This document shows, in pieces, positions 54,601 to 64,000 of a DNA stretch of 64,000 bases. Within the stretch, counting starts at the first letter, position 1. Each line of letters opens with the position of its first letter. Below the pieces are notes generated by a model. That model made no database searches, was not told the DNA's origin, and worked only from the letters and a program-made list of their open reading frames with translations. Where the stretch lies: NCBI GenBank assembly GCA_003344405.1, contig NOWV01000002.1, forward strand, positions 558,001 to 622,000, read 5' to 3'. This DNA is from Trichoplax sp. H2 (Eukaryota). The translations under genes were made by a program, and so were the position numbers.

Positions 54601-57600
54601 GATATATCTACCATTTTGATATCATCTTTTAATTTACTCAATTGGATATAAGCGTTAGCAAGTTTAACACCGTTCATGCAGGATGCCCGAGTATTGGTTG
54701 GAGCACCAGCTTGTAGCAGCATTTCTGAAATATTGATTCCATCTTCACCTGGTAAGGCTACAGCAATATGTAATGGCGTTAAACCGCCCAACTGTTGAAT
54801 ACAGCAATAACGGAAGGAAAAAAAATCACGGCGTTAATGTTAGAACTTTTTATATCAATTTAATTCTATCCATAGGAATAAAAGACGACACTCTTTTCTA
54901 TTTACGCGTATCTTTATACTAAAAGAATATTCCTCAGCAATGGACTATTAACGATTTTGAAATAGAACTATCCAATAAGTCATAATTACATAGCTCCATT
55001 TCCATAACTTTGATGTTGCTATACTTACTTCGGTAGCCATCTTCACTGATGTATTTGCACTGCATTGGAGTAACATTTTAACAGAATTGACATCAGCGGC
55101 TTTGACAGAAAAAAAGATTGGAGGATAAGGCACACTGGAAGTATTTGGATTTGCTCCGCGTTTGAGAAGGAGTAGCAGCATATCTTGTAGTGCGTCATGA
55201 CTATTTCAATAACAGTAATGGTAAGGAATTAATTACTCGTTCTTTCTTGCTATCAACATTAATCAAGAAATGATAGACATCAATGTTGTGATCAGTGAGA
55301 TTACCAACAAAATTTCATCATGATTATTTAATTAAAGATTATTAGAAATAATTCATTCCTTCTTGTCATGTGTAGTAGTCAAGAATGATCATTGTTCCAA
55401 TTGATCATTCTTTCTTGCTATTAAATTTAATTACTGTAAAAGATGATATTGTAATCGCTTGCTCTATGACTACTTATGATAGTCAATATATATATATTTA
55501 TTGTGACTCTTAAAATTTTAGGAAATAACAATTCTCTCTTAGGCAATATGCTCCTATCAAGCAATCAATCAAAAAATGATGATATAGTCGTCTACTCTCT
55601 GATTAATAATGCAGTTCAATATACTCATCAAGACTCGTAAAGTTATAGTATCCACTCTTTCTTGCTATAGACTTAAGTCGAAAGATAATACTGTAGCCGT
55701 TTACTCCGTAGCATGGACTTCTAAGAGAAATTCTCGTGAAAGCCCCTGTCCATAGCCACTATTCCAAGTTAACTTACTTATCAAGACTCTTCAAATACTG
55801 CACTATAAAAAGGGATTTATATCTTCTGTGGCAACGTACTTTGTTCGAAAGATGATGAAGTAGCTATCTACTTTAATATTACTAACAGAACTCGATTGAC
55901 TTGAAGGTCTAAATACTCATACTGTAAAATATCTCAACCCTTTAGGCACTGTATATATACGAGTAGTTCATTCACCATTAGCAGATACTGCATTTTAATC
56001 AAAAATGATTTTCCTACTTATAAATCTCTACATACTCAATTTTATCCAATGTTAATTTTGGTTCTTTGTTTTGATTTTTCTGCCGTTTTCCTGCTCCTTT
56101 TCGACCAGTGTTAACTTCTTCATGATGTTGTGGCTGCGATGTTGGATTCTTAACCAAACTATAATAACTAACCATGTTTTCACTCACTGTTGTTTCAGGG
56201 ATGATTTCGCCGCCTTGAATAGGATGATTTACATCAATAGGTAGCTTTCTTATATCACTCGATAAACGATGATCTAGGTTTTGAAACATAGAAATACCTT
56301 CCTGTTCGCTCATTTTACTATTATAACTTATAGTCAGTTTATTTTGTGATTTATTATCCATAATTACGCCACTAGCCGGTTGCACCTCGTTATTAATGGG
56401 CTGGATAAAGGGTCTTGAATCATTACGTAGTAACTGAGTATCTTGTCTATATCTTTTGGATTTCTTATTCGTAGCAGCGGTTAATTCTGCTATATTCTTC
56501 TTAAACGTGCGAATAGGATAGTATAATACTGTACAAGCAGCTAATGGCGAAACACCTTCGTGGTTAATTTTGTTAATATTGGCACCATTATCCAATAAAC
56601 AATTCATGACATCGCTATGGCATCCAAGCTAAAAGTAAAATCAGTAAAGTTAATTATCCTTCCCTACTTATATCATGTGATGATGCTAATCATATACAAC
56701 TGTTTGTTAATTTACAACTAGGAGAAAAAATTTATTGATTAAAAAATACTCAGCCATTAAAGTATGAAAGCATTAGTATCATATTATTATCGACGTGTAT
56801 AATAATCATTCGATGATTTTACTGATTTATAGCGAAAGTGAGAGGATTAATAAATTACCGTTGCTGCCATTAAAGCTGTATATCCATTTACGTCGCTAAC
56901 ATCGATATTACACCGATCAGACGTAACTAATTTATATACCAATGGTAAATTTCCCACTGCGGCTTGACGTATTAACTCTTCTGACATTAGTTCCAATGGC
57001 CCACGGATACTTGTCGATTGGCGTTTCCCTTCCACTATAGCTTGTAATACAGGGCGCTGATGAATAAATTGCTGCCAAGGCGTCAGTTGTTTTTGTCCAC
57101 TAAGATGCAGTATTTGCAGATCTTTACTAAGATTATCATCAATACTGGTATACACAGTACCATCATGGAGTGTCTACATGTGAATACGACGATAACAAAA
57201 TAGTTAATATGATTAGATTGAGACCTCTCATATTCTATCGGCCACGTGCTCATAATCGTATAGTAAGATATTATATAAAAATAGGTAAAATTTACCTTAT
57301 CATTCTGACTATTCGTAGATTCGGTCATTATTTCTTCTTTAACCACCGTTGTCAGTTGTGATTGCCAGCTAGATCGAACATTACTCGCTGATACATAATC
57401 ATTTCGTCCATGATTAATTGTAAAAGCGTCCTCAATTTCAAAGCAAAATTGGGCTAAATGCTCCTCTTTCCAAATTCCAATGTCTTCTTTCCCTGAATCT
57501 TTATATGTAAAGATTCCAGGACCATTCCTCTGATCAGCGATATAGATACCCTACAATACGAACATTTTAAGTATTTAATCGCATGCCTGATGAATAAGCA

Positions 57601-58192
57601 TTAATGAAGCAATTTCTCGTACTTCGAATTGATCACCATTCGGGAAAATAAACACGCCATAGCCTTCTTTCCTGTCATCAACAAAATCACCTTCAAAGTA
57701 TGCACCTGAACTCCAAACATATTTGCCTTTACCGCATCGTTTATCATTTATGAATTGGCCTACGTAACTCTGGTAGCAAGTAAATATAGGGTATCAACAA
57801 TTTTAGATGTTGCTTAGTTTATGTGACATTTATTCTATATACACTAATTGAATCATCATTTTTATAAGACATATAGTAGTACAGTAAATTATCGGTGTTG
57901 TCATTCTTACCTCCCCATTAGGCCAAGAATGATGGCCATGGCCGTGTCTCATATCATTTTCTAGTTCACCTTCATATTTTGTGCCATCACTCCAAGTTTC
58001 AATTCCATATCCATGGCGTTTATTATCGACATAATCACCTTCATAAGCATCGCCATTCGGCCACCGAAATAAACCTTTACCGCTTCGATGAGGTCCTTCA
58101 ATATCGCCGCTATAAATTGCACCACTGCGATATTCTATGTGCTTGGCCGTACTTAATTTACGTTTGGAGGAAGATAAACTTACAACGCTCAT
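51621..58192 (-). CDS. ANKMY1: Ankyrin repeat and MYND domain-containing protein 1 (MORN repeats, ankyrin repeats, MYND zinc finger), multi-exon
   Basis: N-terminal MORN repeats ([26 protein letters not shown]); ankyrin motifs ([25 protein letters not shown]); [12 protein letters not shown] finger [41 protein letters not shown]. Confidence 0.92.
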
Positions 58193-59846
58193 CTTGTTTG
58201 TATCTATTATATATATAATTCGTTTGCTAGAATAGACTATTTAGTAGAAAAGTGTAGAAATTTCACCGTAGTGCCTAAATCAACTGCCAATGCTGATTAG
58301 CATGCAGGGAAAAGGAATTTATATCCGTAACGCAATTATATGCTATAACGTTTGATTGTTCTATGAGGGGATATAGCAAACAATTATTTACTAGTGGATT
58401 AAAGTTAACTAAAATTCTTATTCTATCTTACGAACTAGAGAAAAGCTGCTGTGTAGCAACTAGTAATGCATAAGGTACTTCAAGCTTTCCACGAAGTGAT
58501 ACAGGATCAGAAATGATTACAAGCCCTCAAGCTTTTGTGTGATTCAATATTATGTCTATTTCCTATACAGTACTCTTCGAGGCGATAGTGGATGCAAAAC
58601 ATAATTTCTAATTATAATATAAATACCGTAAAATGAATAGAGTGATTTCATTAAATGGTTGCTAGGTAACGGAGTACACCAATCAAGGGAAATTTCCATC
58701 GCGCATGTCCAACGGGCATCAACTAGCCAACCAAGTATCTGCATAGTCATAAGTCCTACTAACTAGTAAGAATAGTAGCTCGCTTTCATATAACAAGTAG
58801 TAGTACTCCCATATGACAAATTTTACGAAAGGTTCTGTATAGTAATTTTATTTTGCAATCTTCGATATCTCAATTGAAATCTTATTGCACTTCAGACCTA
58901 CTGTATACAGTATGAAATTGTAATGTTGTATTCAGTTTAGATGCAGGAATTTATTGAATATCGGAAATATCATACGATGGTTGAGCTAAATAGAATGGGT
59001 TTATTCCTATCCTAACAGATGAACCGTTTAGGGGGGGGGGTATTTACCCAGTAGGATAAATGAACTGATAATTCACAGATATAGTAATACGTGTACTGAT
59101 AACATAACGATAGCGTGTAAATACTATTTTACGGATAATTGGATTACAAGAGTTAAGTTACGGATTAAACATTAGGTATTGATCATGAATTAAAGCTGAC
59201 TATGAAACTGACTATCTAAAGTTATTCAACTTTTTTGAGATACTAATGATTCATTTAATTATTTGTTTACCGTATTAGTAAATACATTGTCGAAGTAATC
59301 TTCAGCAAGGAGTGTTATAAGCATTACTATTACCTTTACAGATATACAATATACTGTATACATATACAGGACCTCTAATAATTATAGTTTTAGATTTTTT
59401 AGTTTTGCATATACAATTTCAGATTCAAAACCTATGAAATTAGATTAAATTATAGTATTTTCACAATTTATTCCACATACAAGATTATACAGTAAAAATG
59501 TCGTAGTATATAAAATATACCATTGATGATAATAGTTCTAAGTTAGTAGTAAAAAGGATTTATAACATTAGCAACATGGTGCAAGGAAAGCGCACGGTTG
59601 CATTGCCATATTCAAGATACTTATTGTACCATATATCTAGTAATGTAAAAAAGCTTGTTTGTAGCTAAAGCATAGGCATGTAATTGTAAAACAATATTAT
59701 ACTGCATACGACAAGCAAAGCATCATACAATTATGTACAAATGTACAGCATTAAGTGGTATGTATAGTAAAATGATTCTCTCCTGTAATCAGCTACGAAA
59801 AGAATATACTAGCATTATACCCAAATGCAATGTAAACATTGAAGTT

Positions 59847-62800
59847 TTAGAAATCAATAGACATTGCTTTACGCATTTGGGCTATTTTTACATTGAGTTC
59901 TGATAAAGCTTTTTTACTGCCAAGGAATTTAGACGAAGTACTTCTAGCGCATAGCTGCCGGTAGATTTGCATTACAAGTACTTCACTTCTTTGAATAAAA
60001 AATTCATAAACGTATGATGATCCGCATTGAGAAGTTAGTCGTTTAGATGGCTTTACCAGACGGTTTTGCTGATAAGTAAACAATAAAGAAGGTTGTAAAT
60101 CTACATACAACAATAAACTAACGTTCCTATAAATGCCAGTTATAAATACCTCCAGTTGATATTTAAGAAAAGTATCTATAGTATTAATATGCTTGGAAAA
60201 GTCTTCGTTTCTTGCTGTAATGCATTTTTGTAATTCAATAAAGGATACCTACAATAATAGTAAAAGATTCGGGATGTAAAAGTAATTTATTCAGTATATC
60301 AATAATTAAGAACATATCGTTACAATTTAGTTTAAAGTACAATCAGGTAATTCATCTTTATTTAATACGTAAACTTTCATATGCAATCAGTGGTCTATGT
60401 GGGTGCAAATATAACGAATTTCGTCAAAAGTATTACTATTTATATTTATATACCTTTTCACATGGTAAAATCACGTCCGCTAGTTCATTTTGGAAGTGAT
60501 GCAATTGGCTAAGTATTAGGTATTCCATTATCAATTGCTTTACGTATATGTAAGTACCATTGATTGCCTAGCAACAAAGAATCCCAATAAATGCTATTAG
60601 ATAGCAAAATTGGCGAAATTGGACGCGACTTTGTACTGTATATCTCTACTCAATCATAAGATCTATCAATTAAAAGTTTAATGCAGGATGGCTTACATTT
60701 TTATTAACTTCGCTTTGAATTTCAGTTAGTACTTCTGGAGGAACCGCGTTCTCTAAGCGGATTTTCATATTGCGAAAAACGGTGATATTGTCGTAGTAGA
60801 ATTTAATACTGCCCTAAGAGATTATTTATGAATGAACGTGGTGTCATCTTGTCATTAGAAATCTTAGATAATTAATACGCGTGCAATACAATTTCAATAA
60901 CTTGCAAACTATGTGCAATTACCATCTTTACACATTCTAGTAATTTATTCTGTGTACTATTTTGCGACTTTATATTCTTTAAAGGCTGTAGAGAAAGAAT
61001 GAAACTGCTTAATTCATCTGAGATATCTATCTGAAAAGATAAACAATTTGGGAAAGATGTTTTAATACTTTGCAAATTGTATTCCAGTGATAATGTAAGA
61101 AAATTTGTACAAGATTGTATTATTATAAGTTCTCAATCGATCAAATTCAATTACCTGCAGTTTTGCAAGGGCCTGGATGTTATTTTGAATGTTTGGAGAA
61201 GATTTTGGGCTACCGGAGTTAATTCCCATTGACTCAATCGATTTCTGATACTAAAAGAATTAGATACATTTTTGTCTTAAATGAAACACAATTAATTTTC
61301 ATTTTGCACAAACTGCATCCGACCATACAGTTATAAAATCAAAAACAATCGATCATAAGACTCGTCGATATTTTAAATGTACTTACTTTAGGAAGAGACT
61401 CTTGCACTTTGGCTTTAATACTAGCTAGCTTGTTGTGAATTGCTGAAATTTCTTTAAAAAATTTTTCCTATAAATAGTCAGATAATATCATAGTACGCTA
61501 AAGTCATAGTCATAAATTAACCTTTCGAGAATCAAGCTTTAAAGCACGACTTTTAAGTCTTTCTGTCACTCATAACTCTTACCGCATCAGTTTCTTTTAC
61601 TTTAACTTGTACTTGTTTCTCGTTGCATTCGGCTTGATGAACTAGTAGATTTGAAAGTGCACTCTGACATTCTGTACACACTCTGAGATATATACAAATT
61701 GTAGGTTCCGATGAAGGACACTATTGACAAGAAATTATACGAGGCAAAGGTACGCTTAGGTATCAGTTGTAATCTTAGTTGAAATTAGTATTACTCACAA
61801 TTACATACCCCAAAGTCATTAATAATGCTCCATTTGACATTATATTTGTCAGAGCTTTCGTTTGGGACATAAAGCAGTAAATCTTCGGAAGAACATTCAG
61901 CACAAATTAAAGCTCCACAAACGCTATATTTTTTCAAATGTAACAGCGATAGAACACAACGTACAAATAAATTAATATCCTTGATATTAACCGATATTAT
62001 TCTTGGCTCTAGTGTTTGCTTATATTACAGTTTTAGTCGATCTGGATCAACGGCCATTACTACTACATTATGTTAAGAATTTATATATTGATTTTTACTT
62101 ATAGGTTATCATACCGACAATGCCTATTTTTTCGAATAAAAGAAAATTCTTTGGCACATCCGCAGCAATGCTTAGAAGCTGTAATTGGCTGTCAGAATCC
62201 GCTTAGATTAGTACTGTATACGATTGTTATGTACATACCTAAATATTTATAGATATTATCTTCCTTATATTTGAAATGGCTGATTTTTTAAATATCCAAG
62301 GATATAGTAGATTAGTAGAAATACTGTGTCAATCTTACCATCCAGTTATTTGATTTTTGCCATTCAGGTATGCCGTTAAAGCTGTTTAAAAAGAGCTTAG
62401 CAGAAGTAACCAATGATGAAGAAGAGATCATTCCTCTAAATCCATCTATTAAACGAGTTATTTCTGCATGCAGTAAAGCCGCAACTGATGGAGATTTATT
62501 CAATTTTCCGTCAACCTCCGATCTTGTTACGCTTCCACTTCTAATTAATACTCTTTCATCCCTCATTTGACGTTGAAAACGGGTATAATCTTGCATTAAA
62601 TTTGTCATGGTTCCCATTGCCTGAGCTTCAGGCTGATAACAGTGTAAACAGACCTAGAAAGAGTTACTTGAGTGTTATTAATCTGTTCTTAAAGTGACAT
62701 TAACATCGTGCAGGATGAAAAAATTTTTATAATCCTACAGGATCAAGCCATGAAATTTGCTAATAAAAGATTTTAAAGCTAATTTAGTCCATCAAGGTGA

Positions 62801-63811
62801 CTATATAACTATCACTTCAAAACGTCAACGAGTTGAAACAAGGATGATCTAACCTACCCTGTATAATTGCCCATTAACATGATAATTTGCTGTAGGTGAT
62901 AATCTTCTCTTATAGTTGCTACAACTGCCACAGAATATTTCTCCACATCTGCATCAAGACGAACTGATTAACAATTTGTAAATTTATACTAAAATTAACA
63001 ATTAAATCCTTAAGGAATATAGTTCAAATGCAGTAAGAACATAGATATAATTTGAACACGGCATACTGTACATGCATACCGCTAAATAAAAATTATATAC
63101 ACAACATTAAAAAATACAGCATATGAAATTTATTGTTTTGCTATGAAAGTAATCGCATTTTGAAGCAGTAGTACAACCATTACAAATACTAGACAACCCG
63201 TTCAATTGAAAGGAACGTTTGAGTTTGTTTAGGCTTGCTTTGCTACATTAATCAAATGTATCTGGTATTTATTATCGATGTTTATTAATTATTCTTGTAG
63301 TAGACCTGGCATGATTATTTGTAGTGATTTAACAGCTCTAAGTTTGTAAATTATATAATTCAATTGTATTTGTTTATTCTTAATACTGCAGTTCAACCTG
63401 AAATATAAAGCATACCATCGTGTGTGTGTGCATTACAATTATTACACAATATCTAGAGTCATATCTATCATGTAAGCGGTGAAAGCTACTGCACATTATT
63501 TAAAATTTCTTTAATTTTAATATAGCTCAAGAGAGTACTTTCACGTTCAAAGGAATGCTTAATCAAGTAAGTGATGAGGTAGCTTACATTCTGCAGTGGT
63601 GCCGTCTTTCAATTATAGTAAATTTCTTCTTACAATTTAAGTTGGCACAGTAATCTCTCATCTGATTTGGAACCCAATGGGACTGTGTAATAGGGGCTAC
63701 AGACACAGTGCCTTCATGATTTTGCAATAAATTTGTTATTTCGTCATTATAAGTATTCGAATCCGTGGTGTTAGTGGAATTAAGAATATCATAGTTATTG
63801 TTGCGAGCCAT
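59847..63811 (-). CDS. Double-FYVE protein of the Pep7/Vac1/rabenosyn-5 family, multi-exon; the 5' end may extend beyond the window
   Basis: FYVE1: SHWVP..RDYCANLNCKKKFTIIERRHHCRICGEIFCGSCS...RVCLHCY. FYVE2: W..ITASKHCCGCAKEFSFIRKNRHCRVCGALICAECS...LRVCTEC. These are followed by helical/coiled-coil exons ending KAMSIDF*. Confidence 0.8.
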
Positions 63812-64000
63812 CTGGGATTCCTACATGTCAAATAAAAAAAGAATAGAATAGTAAACATTAACATCAAAATAAACTTCTCGTATAATAAATACCAGCGATG
63901 GGTAAAGATATTGCCATTAACGGTTATTACATGAAGCGATTGCATTGTAACATTATTTTTGGTATGGTAGTGATCGATAGCAGTTGCAGTGAGAATTTAC

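Noticed and set aside
55235..55720. Recurring TCTTTCTTGCTAT segments in an ANKMY1 intron
   Set aside because: These are three short, irregularly spaced and highly decayed copies, too weak to define a repeat unit or function.

Overview
AT-rich, intron-dense animal genomic DNA (GT-AG introns mostly about 70-300 bp). The gene density and style suggest a placozoan such as Trichoplax, but that is an inference and is not proven here. I reconstructed 11 protein-coding genes by hand from splice sites and protein motifs. They are: two convergent TSC22D/Bunched-like paralogs; intronless histone H2A.X with a replication-type 3' stem-loop, head-to-head with UBE2T; a TMEM24/C2CD2-like TM-SMP-C2 protein with a C-terminal C1 domain; intronless ATP5PF head-to-head with a homocysteine S-methyltransferase; TMCO3; glycogenin; ANKMY1; and a double-FYVE Pep7/Vac1/rabenosyn-like gene. 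Non-coding parts contain several tandem repeats, a possible MITE and clusters of CAGTA/TACTG palindromic motifs near gene 5' ends. The most notable points are: (1) the TSC22 pair keeps its N-terminal docking motifs and exon structure but has remodelled TSC-box/zipper ends, one by a 30-bp tandem expansion; (2) H2A.X and the C2CD2L-like gene may show ancient microsynteny; (3) glycogenin has a duplicated glycogen-synthase-binding helix; (4) the double-FYVE protein has a fungal-type architecture. I saw no tRNA, rRNA, CRISPR array or autonomous transposon. Exon coordinates are manual and may be off by a few bases.
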